A DNA stretch of 64,000 nt, from the NCBI GenBank assembly GCA_951406725.2, contig OX597829.1:40610001-40674000 (forward strand), in the 5' to 3' direction. Made by a program: the position numbers and the translations under genes. A model generated the notes under the pieces. It ran no database searches. It was not told where the DNA came from and saw nothing but the letters and a program-made list of their open reading frames with translations. This stretch comes from Octopus vulgaris. Lineage: Eukaryota. Shown piece after piece: positions 37,808 to 50,441 of the stretch (positions within the stretch are counted from its first letter, which is position 1; every line of letters starts with the position of its first letter).

Positions 37808-38959
37808 CAAATAATGATAAAAAAAATACAAAGGCAATATAAAAACAACAAATGCTATATTAGTTTATTGCTCAGGAAAAATGGAAGAAACCTTTTATAT
37901 TTCAAACACATAGATGATGGGCTTCTTTCAGTTTCCATCTACCAAATCCACTGACAAGGATTTGGTCAGTTCAAGGCTATAATAGAAAACGTTTGCCCAA
38001 GGTACCACACAGTGAAACTGAACCCAAAGCCATGCGATGAGGAAACAAACTTCATACTACATAGTTTTGTGCCTTCATTTTGGCCCTTTATTTTGGCACT
38101 TCATTTTGGCCCTTTATTTTGGCCCTTTATTCAAGCTTCCTGTATTTAGGATGGTTATGGGCATTTGAATGGCAAACCTAAACAACAAATTACTTTGTAT
38201 ATTTGTAGTAATGGGACATGTCCCCCTATTTAGCCCCTTTCTCAGAAAAGGACTGAATAGGGCTGATCTAAGCCCGTGGTTGATCTAGAACTACATCCTT
38301 TAACAAAAATTGAAAAAAAGAAAAAAAGTAAAAAAAAAGAAAAGAAAAAACATTTGCGATTTGAGAAGTTTTTATTTGGCTGCTATTTCTAGCGAGTCAT
38401 TTAACTTGCTAGAATCTTCCTTGTTTTGTTGGTGACCTGTGTACTTTTATAGTACCACAAATAGTTTAGCCTTGTAAAAGACCTTGCTCTGGCAAACACA
38501 ATGCTACGGATAGTTAGTGATATTGTTGTTTTTCGTATTTTGATAATTTTTTTTTTTTCTTTTTCAAGGTTGTGTTGGTGTTCTAACACAAATTAGAAGC
38601 AATGAAAAAATTTCTCCACTTAAATACTGATAGATAAATAAATAAATAAGAATAAAAATAATAAGTCACAATTTGCAATTTTTTTAATTTTTTTTTTTAC
38701 TTTTACATATTTTTTTTTTTCTTTATTTCTGTGACCTAAATTATTTATTCATTGTCAACTGCTGGTGCACTAATATTAAATATTATTACATACTTGAGAT
38801 TTCTAAGATGTGGCCTGAATTTAAGATGTGATGTACACTTTTCTGAAAAAAAAAATATAAGTCATCTTTGAATGAAGTGTTAAATTACAGTGAGGTGAGT
38901 AAGTGTGTCGAAGATGTTTTAACTCTCCTAAACGACCCAGTGTCCAGACCTAGCTGTTT

Positions 38960-39430
38960 AATGGTTTCGAATTTTGCCACAAGGGCAGCAATTTTGGAGG
39001 GAGTGGATGAGTTGATTACATTGAGCCCAATGTTTCACTGCTACTGATTTTTATCGGGCCCCCCAAAAGGATGAAAGGTAAAGTTGACCTCAGTGGAATT
39101 TAAACTTAGTATGTGGCAATTGGCGAAATACCTATTTCTTTACTACCCGCAAGGGGCTAAACACAGAGGGGACAAACAAGGACAGAGAAATGGATTAAGT
39201 TGATTACATTGACCCCAGTGCGTAACTGGTACTTAATTTATCGACACCCCGAAAGGATGAAAGGCAAAGTCGACCTCAGTGGAATTTGAACTCACAACGT
39301 AAAGGCAGACGAAATACAGCTACGCATTTCACCCAGCGTGCTAACGTTTCTGCCAGCTTGTTCAATGAGCGAAATACCGCTAAGCATTTCATCCCTGCAT
39401 GCCAATGATTCTGCCAGCTCACCACCTTAA
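38960..39430 (-). mobile_element. Nested or tandem SINE B copies
   Basis: Junction gaaatacc|tatttctttactac at ~39132. Confidence 0.75.
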
Positions 39431-39906
39431 ACCTAGCTGTAATAAGTGGCAATAGGCTGGAAATGGTTTACTGCTGCTGGTAGGATACCAATTCCCCTAA
39501 GACTGCTCCTAGTTCTGGGATATAAATACCTAGTTTAAAAAAACAAATAATCATCTAAATTAAAAAAAAAAAAAGAAACTTTCCATCAAAATTTCGTGTT
39601 TATTTTTTACGTTGCAAACACCAGTTTTAATATCTACAAAGTTATTTTTACTAAATTCTACATAATTTTTCAAAATTTACTGAAACAAATGGAGTGTGTT
39701 TCAACAGAAATAAAGGGACAAAAGGTTTGAATAGTAACAGACGGACTGTTAGTTTTGAGGTTAGGTTGTTGGTGTTATGTAATTTGACGAGAGAGGTGGG
39801 GAGAGATGTTTGCAAGCATGCTTATTTAGATAGAGATGAAGTTTTTCTCTTTGTGTTGCCTCTGAGACGCAGAGGTGTTTGATGGGTCACCACCACCTCC
39901 ATCATT

Positions 39907-39938
<32 letters not shown>

Positions 39939-40149
39939 TGTTGTCATCATCGTGTGTGGCTTAGTAACAGCTGCTTGGATCCCTAAAATATGAGAGATTG
40001 TCTGTATGTCAGGCGGTGGAAGTATGACATGACATCCTCCTCGTAATCTCTCCAACTCCTCCCCCCACCTCCACCCCGGCCTCACCTTTACTGCCGCCTC
40101 CCTCACCTTTACTGCGTCCACTGCTACCACCAACCTCTAAGCCAACAGC

Positions 40150-41395
40150 TTCATATCCACCAACATCAGCACCACCACTACATACACCAACATTACCCAC
40201 CTTGACTGGTACCACCATCATATCCACCAACATTAATGCTGCCTCCATACACACACACACACACCACCACCACCTCCAACAACATCACCACCGCCTCCAT
40301 CATATCCACCAACACTAATGCTGCCTCCACACACACACACCATCACCTCCTCCAACAACATCACCACCGCCTCCACCATCATATCCACCAACACTAATGT
40401 CACCTCCACACACACACACCATCACCTCCTCCAACAACATCACCACCACCTCCACCATCATATCCACCAACACTAATGCCACCTCCACACACACACACAC
40501 ACCACCACCACCTCCAACAACATCACCACCGCCTCCACACACACACACACACCACCACCTCCAACAGCATCACCACCGCCTCCACTATCATATCCACCAA
40601 CACTAATCCCGCCTCCACACACACACACACACACACCACCTCCAACAACATCACTACCGCCTCCACCATCATATCCACCAACACTAATGCCACCTCCACA
40701 CACACACACCACCACCACCTCCAACAACATCACCACCGCCTCCACCATCATATCCACCAACACTAATGCCGCCTCCACACACACACACACCACCACCTCC
40801 TCCAACAACATCACCACCGCCTCCACCATCATATCCACCAATACTAATGCCACCTCCACACACACACCGTCACCTCCTCCAACAACATCACCACCACCTC
40901 CACCATCATATCCACTAACACTAATGCCACCTCCATACACACACACACACACCACCTCCAACAACATCACCACTGCCTCCACACACACACACACACCACC
41001 ACCTCCAACAGCATCACCACTGCCTCCACCATCATATCCACCAACACTAATGCCGCCTCCACACACACACACACACACACACCACCTCCAATAACATCAC
41101 TACCGCCTCCACCATCATATCCACCAACACTAATGCCGCCTCCACACACACACACCACCACCGCCTCCACCATCATATCCGCCAACACTAATGCCGCCTC
41201 CACACACACACATACATACTACCACCTCCAACAACATCACCATCATATCCGCCAACACTAATGCTGCCTCCACACGCACACACACACATACACACACCAC
41301 CACCACCTCCTACAACATCACCATCTCCTCCAACACTACCAATGCCACCATCTTCACCAATACCTATACTTTCACCAACACCACCTCCGCCATTG
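40150..41395. repeat. Compound minisatellite: ~60-bp C/A-rich core plus a variable (CA)n, about 14 units
   Basis: Unit ACCACCTCCAACAACATCACCACCGCCTCCACCATCATATCCACCAACACTAATGCCGCCTC(CA)n. Confidence 0.9.
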
Positions 41396-41507
41396 TCATT
41401 ATTAGTTGTAAAATGATGGAATAAAAAAAAACAAACTTTGTGCCTCTTCCTCTTCTCCTCCCTCTTGAATCAGCATCTTGTCTTATTCAGCTGTTTGTCT
41501 CTTTCTT

Positions 41508-41539
<32 letters not shown>

Positions 41540-41687
41540 CCTCTCTCCTTCCGTCTCTCCCCTCCATTTAAGTTCACAATGGAACTGACATATCCTGCTA
41601 TGAAATCCTCTTTAGCCCACATAATATGATCGCAACACTCTCCATTTCTCTCTCCCACATTCTTCATTTCTACCCCACTTCTCTCCC

Positions 41688-41720
<33 letters not shown>

Positions 41721-42050
41721 ATGCTGACAAATGTGACCAAACAGGCAAGAATTTTTCATACTGATGGTGGTGGTGAAGGTGATACTGTCACAGTGGAAGT
41801 TGTTGTCGAAGTCTTGTCCTTGATTATTTAGCCCTTGGTCAACCTTAATCCAGCAGACCCATGCTTGATCTAAAATTTTTTTCAAGCCATGACCATCCTT
41901 TCTCATTTTTTCATACAGTGCTTATAGTACCTCTACATCCAATGCGTCCTTCATTTAAAATGATATGGTATGATTTGATTGATATTTGGTTGGTTTTTCT
42001 TGCAGATCAAGCTTAGAGACCAAGATTGGTTGGGTGGATAGGTAGTAATG

Positions 42051-42268
42051 AAGGTGAGCTGGCAGAAACGTTAGCAGGCCGGGCGAAATGCTAAGCGGTA
42101 TTTCGTCTGCCATTACATTCTGAGTTCAAATTCCGCCGAGGTCAGCTTTGCCTTTCATCCTTTCGGGGTCGATTAAATAAGTACCAGTTATGCACTGGGG
42201 TCGATATAATCGACTTAATCCGTGTGTCTGTCCTTGTTTGTCCTCTCTGTGTTTAGCCCCTTGTAAAA
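42051..42268 (+). mobile_element. SINE family B
   Basis: Head, B box and Meta-like centre. Confidence 0.85.
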
Positions 42269-42864
42269 AGAATCCAAAGCATCCACGTAAAAAGCATCCA
42301 CTACACTCATGGAGTGGTTGGCATTAGGAAGGACATCCAGCTGTAGAAACACTGCCAGATCAGACTGGAGCCTGGTGCAGCCTCCTGGATTCCCAAGACC
42401 CCAGTCAAACTATCCAAAACCACCCCATAAACTCCATTTATACAAATAATGAAATGGCCTTCTTAAACTCACACCCATTCTTATTTCACTGGAGTTTTCA
42501 AAACCAGGAAAAATGTATAAAATTTTCCTGGGTTTCTCTCAGCAAATTTTTTACAACAATGGACTTAAGTGTCGGGTAGAAAGTGCTCAAACAGAAGGAA
42601 CACTGAAAATCTGTGTAGCACCTTAAAGTTACATAGTACCCATTTGGTAAGTCTTTTGGAAATGTATAGTACATAACTACCTATTTCATTCCCTTCACCC
42701 ACAGACTGTGTATATGTGCGCTTTGCGTGTACTCTTGTCTTTACATTATGCTTGTAAACAAGCATCACCATATTAGAAGCAGTGTTATTTGTGAAAACAT
42801 GTCTGTTCATAGGGAAATATTACTTCACCTGGAAACAGGTTAGAGTTGGTAATAGGAAGGGCAT

Positions 42865-43097
42865 AAGGCGGCGAGCTGGCAGAAACGTTAGCACGCCGGG
42901 CGAAATGCTAAGCAGTATTTCGTCTGCCTCTATGTTCTGAGTTCAAATTCCGCTGAGGTCGACTTTACCTTTCATCCTTTTGGGGTCGATTAAATAAGTA
43001 CCAGTTACGCACTGGGGTTGATATAATCGACTTAATCCGTTTGTCTGTCCTTGATTGTCCCTTCTGTGTTTAGCCCCTTGTGGATAGTAAAGAAATA
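42865..43097 (+). mobile_element. SINE family B with a 17-bp TSD; further copies at 44538-44765 (-) and 46965-47180 (-)
   Basis: ggtaataggaagggcat is duplicated on both sides. Confidence 0.88.
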
Positions 43098-45129
43098 GGT
43101 AATAGGAAGGGCATCCAGCTATTGGAAATTTGCCTCGCCAATTTCCATCTGACCAATACAAGCCTGGCAAAATGGACATTAGATGATGAAGATGATTGGT
43201 TATGTTGATGATTATGATGATGACTATAAACAAAGATTTCATCCATCAAATGATGCTACATCTGAGTATCTGGTTGGTTTAAGTAAAGCAATGAATTCCT
43301 CCTCCATCACCTGATGCTTCAATGTGTTATAAATGCAATACCTGGTTTAAGTAAAAGAGAACCACCACCCCAAACATATGATACATTGTTAAAGGGAAAT
43401 AGAACCACAACATTCACTCACATTCATTTCAGAAAAACAATAAAGAGCTTGCAAAATTAACAAAAGTTAATATTTTTACTTTTATAACACCAAACTGGAA
43501 TTAGACTTTATGTTTGTACAATTTAATTTAATAAAGTCACTAATTAGGTCTTGGGTGATCTGTTAGTTTCCTGCTAACTATAAAGCTCGTTAATGCAAGC
43601 AATAAGCATGATGGGGCTCAGTGTAATGATCTCGCTATCACTGTTAATTAAAGAGACCTTTCTTCAGAAATAGTCTTGTCATGAAACAGAGAATCAAGTG
43701 TTGCTAAGATCTGCAGAAGAGTTAGCAATTGGTAAGTCTGATTCCATAGGCTTAATTGTTCCACCTTTCCATGTTGTCTATCATGACAAATCACCGTTAC
43801 TTTCCTAATCTTATACAAACTTGGCATTGCAATGCAGTGGTTTTGTTTTCTTCCACTGAAGGATTTACATTTGTATGTGTGTGCATGTTTCTTTTATGAG
43901 TGTAGGCTCAAGAGTAATTAGTCAAGCAAGTAAATTAGTCAAGCAGATAACTGGAAAACAGCATCTACAAAGAGAAAGAGAAGAAAAAAAAAAGAAAATG
44001 AACATGAAGCTATTCATTTGTAACAGATGTAAGCAGTGAGTGAATTGAATAGAAGTTCTTCCAAAAGAATACCTACTCAATGAAATTCTAGGAAATTCTT
44101 TGGCATTAAAGGTACCAATACTGACTTTCTCCATGATGTTGCATTGGTTTTCTCCATGTCTATTTCCTCTAGGGTTGTAAGGGGTAGTTCTTACTTGGCA
44201 AAACTGCTTGTTATTTTAGAAATTTACTTATTTCCATAGATATGAATTAAGCACCTTTGTTCCATCTACGAAAATAAATAAATAAAATAATTCCCTGAAA
44301 GGCATTATCAGCACAAGGGAACACAAATGGATTAAAGTGAGTATTCACTGACTGCTACTAAAAGATATTTGCTTCTAGACACCAACTCTTTAGATCCCGC
44401 AAAATCTAGTGACATGTGCTCCATAACTTGATTAAACCCTTCATGAGATGTTAATCTGTTGGGTTTTAAGACTTAAGTTTATTTTAAAGCATTTTTAGCA
44501 TTCATGAAAGATTTTGCAACCATCATCATCATCATCTCTTTCTTTACTACCCACAAGGGGCTAAACACAGAGAGGACAAACAATGACAGACAAACAGATT
44601 AAGTCGATTATACCGACCCCAGTGCGTAACTGGTACTTAATTTATCGACCCCGAAAGGATGAAAGGCAAAGTCGACCTCAGCAGAATTTGAACTCAGAAC
44701 GTAGCAGCAGACAAAATACCGATAAGCATTTCGCCCGGCATGTTAACGATTCTGCTAACGATTCTGTCATCATCATCATCATCGTTTAACATATCCTTTT
44801 CCATGCTCGTATGAGATGCATGGAACTTTGTTGAGGTCGATTTTCTATGGCCAGATGACCCTCCTGTTTCCAAATAAAGTGTAGTGAATGTGGGAGATTT
44901 CTTTACTACCCACGTAGATCCATATACACTCAAAAGTATATGCATATACACATGTATACAATGGAAATCTTTCCATTTCCCTCTGCTATATCCACTCACA
45001 ATTCTTTGGTCTGCCTAAGGCTATGGAAGAAGACACTTGCCCAAAGTGTCCCGGATCATGTGGCTGGGAAGCAGGCTTCTTACCATACAGCCAAGCCAGT
45101 GTGTATTATATATATATATATATATATAT

Positions 45130-45415
45130 GCGTGTGGAGGCACAATAGCCCAGTGGACTCGCAGTTTCAATTCCCAGACCGGGAATTGTGAGTGTTTATT
45201 GAGTGGAAACACCTAAAGCTCCACGAGGCTCTGGCAGGGGGTGGTGGCGATCCCTGTTGTACTCTTTCGCCACAACTTTCTCTCACCCTTTCTTCTGTTG
45301 GTCTGCTCACTTAGCCAGCAAGGTGGCGTCATTTGAAGGCTAAAATAATGCAAACCGCATTGTGATCAGCGATGTGTAGCAACATCAGATAACCTGGTTG
45401 GTCATGGTGATCACG

Positions 45416-45420
<5 letters not shown>
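45130..45420 (+). mobile_element. SINE family D, tail variant 3
   Basis: Head gcgtgtggaggcacaat...gtttcaattcccagacc; tail shared with 11009-11288. Confidence 0.8.
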
Positions 45421-45446
<26 letters not shown>

Positions 45447-45449
<3 letters not shown>

Positions 45450-45772
45450 GATAGTTATGGCTGGTCTAAGGGTTACCCTAGGTTTCACATCCAAAAAGCA
45501 CTAAGCTTTATGGCATTTCTTCAGACCCTAATGGCCAGTGGCCTGTAATCTCCCTTCAAAGTGGAGGGAGAAAAGGCCTTGTGGCTACTTGTCGAGTGCA
45601 TATACAAAGAAGACCTAAGCACAAGGGTTTGTCTCTCTTAGGCCGCTATCCGTAGTCAAAGTGGTCAGCTTGTGGGTTCCACCTCATAGACTGGCCATAA
45701 CTATATTTAAATACTCTACTGCTCTATATCTTGGAGTGTGCTTCTCTCTCACATTTTTGATTTATTTATGGT
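45447..45772 (-). mobile_element. Highly structured ~325-bp hammerhead-bearing element in (TA)n (PLE pseudo-LTR or retrozyme-like)
   Basis: (TA)n on both sides; enclosing stem 45451-45468 / 45687-45704; several internal hairpins. Confidence 0.6.
45469..45529 (-). ncRNA. Type I hammerhead ribozyme with an intact canonical core
   Basis: Minus strand: AGGGT CTGAAGA aATGCCATAAAGC-TTAGT-GCTTTTTGGATGT GAAA CCTAGG GTA ACCCT. Confidence 0.75.
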
Positions 45773-45777
45773 ATATA

Positions 45778-45808
<31 letters not shown>

Positions 45809-45967
45809 GTGTGTATGTATGTATATATATATATATATGTATGTATATATGTATGTATATATATATATATATATGTATGTGTAAATATATGTATGTATAT
45901 ATAGATGTATGTATATATATATGTATATGTATGTATATATATATATATGTGTATATATATATGTATG

Positions 45968-46002
<35 letters not shown>

Positions 46003-46040
46003 ATACATGTATATATACACACACACATGCACATACACAT
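45773..46040. repeat. Long (TA/TG) microsatellite; similar tracts at 14725-14917, 51525-51848 and 58395-58748
   Basis: Direct reading. Confidence 0.95.
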
Positions 46041-46927
46041 GCTAGCATAGAAGGTAGACATTAAATGATGATATTTTTATAAACACGTGTGTGTGTGTGT
46101 GTGTGTAAATATTTATATATACACACACACACATATACACCTATGCCAGCATTGAAGGCAGACATTAAATGATGATGATATTTATACACAAACGTACATG
46201 CGTGTATGTGTAGGGGAATATTTCTTTGTCAGAGTGAAAGAGAGAGAGAGAGAAAGAATAAAGTTTATTACCCTTTTTAATAGACAAGCTTTGTGTGAAT
46301 TGAGCTCATGTTGTGAATTAAACACCTGAATTACAATTACAATAACGAGTTGGTTGCAGTATTCCTTTTCTTGGCCTTGTAAAAAGTCATTCCATCTGCT
46401 CAGAAATGAAGTATGGACTTGTTGTCTATACATATGTAGGTTGCACTGCGATCAATTAACCATTACTGTATGTATAACTTAAAAATATGCTGTATACACA
46501 CAAACACATACGTAGGTATGCTTACTTGCATGCACACACACACACTAACGCACACGTGCTCATACACTAATGCACACATGCACACTTACACGTAAACAGA
46601 CACACACGTTAAGTCCTGTTTAATCACAGCTGACTGCGTCACTCCAACAATAACGTCAACAACATCCAAAGAAACCAGATGCTGATATAAATAGCTATTT
46701 AGTTGAGTTGGTTCTCACTTGCAGCGTCCAGGTTACTCCTGTTTTTCTTTTTGTTTTTTGGTTTTTTTTTGTTTTTTTTTTTTTGTTTTACACTTCAAAA
46801 CCTAATAGCTCATAAATGAATGATTTGGAGTTAAATAGAGGTCCTGGAGGGGAATTAACAGATGTTTTTTTCTCAAGAATGTGGAAATAAGTGAATCCAA
46901 AGACATAAGCTTCAGGATAGTGACTAA

Positions 46928-46966
<39 letters not shown>

Positions 46967-47644
46967 TTCAAATTTTGGCACAGGGCCAGCAATTTTTGGG
47001 GGAAGCGGGGGTAATCAATTACATCGCTCCTAGTACTCAACTGATATTTATTTTATTGACCCCGAAAGGATGAAAGGCAAAGTCAACCTCAGCAGAATTT
47101 GAACTCAGAATGCAGTGACAGACAAAATGCCACTTTGCATTTTGCCCAACATGCCAATGATTCAGCCAGCTTGCCACTTTAATAATAATAATAATAATAA
47201 TGGTATAAAAGATGGGCTACAGCAAATATTCTGCTCAATACTACAGATTTGCTTGTCAGTTGTTTGACCTTAACCAGTTGAGCATGTCCCTTAGTGGCTG
47301 ACGATATGTGGATCTCTGATCACAAGCAGAAGTAGTAGGGGAGCATCATAGCCATGTATTGAGAGGAATTCTTGCAGGTTTGGATAATTCACCTTTGGAA
47401 TCATGTATGGTTCGTTCAACATCCTTAAACAATCCTTATTCAGGGACCTTTTGAGCGGGATGGGCTACTCTACCAGAAGAAAATTCTAACTGGGCCCCAC
47501 CTGCAAGATCATGTGCAGTTTATCTTGATATGAGATCACCATGTCACGCACACATGGTTGTGATGCATGTGCCTTGTGTACCCTTATCAAACGGGTAGTC
47601 ATGATGGGTATACTGGGCTTATACCATTAGTAATGATGTATGAC

Positions 47645-48405
47645 AGGTGTGCTAAGAAACTTGCTTCCCAACCATACTGTACTGGGTTCACTCTTACTGC
47701 ATGGCACCTTGATCAAATGTCTTCTGTAGCCTCAGGTCAACCAAAACCTTGTGTGTGGATTTGGTAGACGGAAACAAAAAGAAGCCTGTCATGTATATAC
47801 ATTTATGTATATATACATGTGCTAGTAGGGTATTAAGAGCACCATCCGAACGTGATTGTTGCCAGAGCGGCTATCTGGCCTCCATGCCAGTGGCACGTAA
47901 AAGACACCATTCGAGCGTGATCATTACCAGCATCGCCTTACTGGTACCTTGTCCGGTGGCATTTGTAAAAGATTCGAGCGAGGTGGCATGTAAAAAGCAC
48001 CCACTACACTCTCAGAGTGGTTGGCGTTAGGAAGGGAACATCCAGCTGTAGAAACTCTGCCAGATCAAGACTGGAGCCTGGTGCAGCCATCTGGTTTGCC
48101 ACCCCTCAGTCAAAATCGTCCAACCCATGCTAGCATGGAAAGCAAATGTTAAACGATGATGATGATGATGATGAGGTGTGTGTGTGTGTATCTTCGTGTC
48201 TGTGTTGGTCCTTCACCACTGCTTGACAACTGGTGTTGGTGTGTTTATGTACCCATGACTTAGCAGTTCAGCAAAAGAGACTGATAGAATAAGTACCACA
48301 CTTTAAATAAAAAATATATATTTAGTGGGGTTGAGTTATTCAACTAAAAATGATTTTAGGCAGTGCCCCAGCATGGCTGCAGTCTAATGACTGAAGCAAG
48401 TAATA
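47645..48405 (+). mobile_element. Old SINE A with family C (47817-48175) inserted in its internal microsatellite
   Basis: The A head and A tail flank the C copy. Confidence 0.75.
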
Positions 48406-48951
48406 GAACAGTAGTGTTAGAGCTAATTATTGCTTTAAATAAAGGCCCTGGAAGGGAGTCAACATACATTCTGGTTTGCGGACCGAATGAATCCAAAAAC
48501 ATAGTCTTCAGTGGCACGAAAGTGCTAATAATCATAGTACAGAAATAGTTGTTTGAACCATTAAGGTGTTTAATTATTAGTCAATGTGTCATTCTCTGTT
48601 CAGCAGTATTTTGTCCATGACTGATGTATTTACTCCCACCTCATCACTGGCTTAGTTCATTTAGTTATAAATAGCCGTTAATTTTTCTACTCTATGTATA
48701 AATAGCTCTGAGTTCAGTGCAATTACTGTGCAGTCAATAAGTGTTTTGCTTACTAACCATCCTATGTTGTTGTTGCTGCTGTTTAGTCCTCTGTTGTTCA
48801 ACTCTGACCCAAGCAGACCTGTTTTGATAAAAAAAAATGTTCCAGCCATGACCTTCCCCTGTTTTTGAATAGTGAACGCTGGAGCACATTACTACATTAT
48901 CTAATGCATCCTTTCTGAATAAAGTAAGGTGTAGCTTCAGGGAGATTTAGC

Positions 48952-49367
48952 AGATCTTGTCGGTTTGAACGGCAGTTTTTTCTAGCGGTGTCATATGAAA
49001 TTGTCACCCATAATTATCACCCTAGTATCAATCTATTGCATTTCAATCTGTTTTAGGGTTAGGGTTAGGGGTGGGGGAAGGGTATCTTTTTTTTCTTCAC
49101 AAATGTAAATAAACCCAATCTGTTTCTTAAACGAGGGAATATTCATACGGCACAGAATGTTTTCACCTCAATTGACGTCATTGATTGGTTGAAATTGCAG
49201 AATTGAAGAAAAAAAAACGATAAATATCTTACAAACTATAGAATTTTCTCAATAAAGCCAAGAGAAAAAGATGTTTTATAAACACATTCTACCAGTATAT
49301 GAAGTTTAAAAGTGTTTAGTTACGTGGAAATTATTTTTAAAAAACTGCCGTCAAACCAAAAAGATCC
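48952..49367. mobile_element. MITE with ~28-bp TIRs and an 8-bp TSD (Merlin- or hAT-like)
   Basis: AGATCTTGTCGGTTTGAACGGCAGTTTTT / AAAAACTGCCGTCAAACCAAAAAGATCC; gatttagc at 48944-48951 and 49368-49375; internal (TTAGGG)3. Confidence 0.75.
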
Positions 49368-49520
49368 GATTTAGCTTCTATTTCTAGCAGATTATTGATG
49401 ATTTCTTTCACAAAAGTGCATCCTTTTTGTGATGATCAAACCGAAAAGATCCGATTTAGCTACTATTTCTAGCAGATTATTGACGATTTCTTTCACAAAA
49501 GTGTATCCTTTTTGTGATGA
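49351..49520. repeat. 85-bp tandem duplication spanning the right end of the MITE
   Basis: 49351-49435 versus 49436-49520, with few substitutions. Confidence 0.9.
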
Positions 49521-50441
49521 TAGTAAATGGTGTCTGACTTGAGGTAGATTTAGCTACTATTTCTTCTTAACAGGTTGAGTGAACATGTAGAAGCACCGTC
49601 ATTGGATTGAAATCATCCTGGAGTCAACTGCAAAAGCTATTGCACATGTCGTCTCTTTTATTGTTTTTGTATCTCACCTGAGATTCAGTTGAGAAACATA
49701 ATCAATTTCATGAAAAAAGGAGACTTCTTGCGACTGATCCAAGAACATGGAGATTTCTATTATGAACAGGAAAATGCAGAATCTTCCAGAAACTATAAGC
49801 TATAACAATTCTTAAGCAGGCATTTGCCTCTGGTTTCTATAGAGCTAAGCAGTTGAAGTGGTGGGGGGAAGGGATCCTTTCCATGGAAATAGGACACCAG
49901 TGTTTCCAACAGCTTCAGCAAAAAAAATAATTATGAAGTGCTCTTTCCCCACCACCTTTCCTATAGTTCCACTGAAGGAAATTTCTGACACAGGATTGGA
50001 TTTGCATTTGTAATCCATAAATCCAGTTAGCGTTTGTTGTTCTAAATGATGTAAAGAGTGGCGGTGATGTGGTTAAACACCTACACTTCATTTTATGAGT
50101 TAACTAGCAGTATAGCATCAGGGTAGGTGAGTGAAGGTGATGTGAATTAAATTACTCATCATCATCACCACTGCATAACATCTGCTTGACTATATCTATA
50201 TGAGTTGTATCTTGCAACTTGTTGTAGTCCATCATCGTTAGCAAACAGAGAAATGCACCAGGTTTTTAAAATTTTTTATTTTAGAGTTTTTTTTTGGGGG
50301 GGGGGGGGCACGGCTGGATACCACTTTACTGTAAGGATCAGTAGCTTTTGTCATTGGATTGGTTTTAAAGAGATTGCCTGCAACAGGACTAAGAGCTATC
50401 CCTCTACCCTGTATCATTTATATATCAGTGTACATGTATAG

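Noticed and set aside
38073-38132. 13-bp tandem repeat (CTTYATTTTGGCM), about 5 copies
   Set aside because: Ordinary local slippage with no further structure.
40473-41078. 201-aa Gly/Val-rich ORF resembling a structural protein
   Set aside because: The reading frame switches from unit to unit with (CA)n length, so no peptide is maintained.
45661-46061. Long YI/HT/VC-rich ORFs here and at 1011, 14708, 51501 and 58242, plus LS-rich ORFs at 22548 and 26060
   Set aside because: They are translations of (TA)n, (CA)n and (CT)n microsatellites, open in several frames on both strands.
49053-49072. Interstitial telomere
   Set aside because: Only about three TTAGGG units, and they lie inside a MITE.
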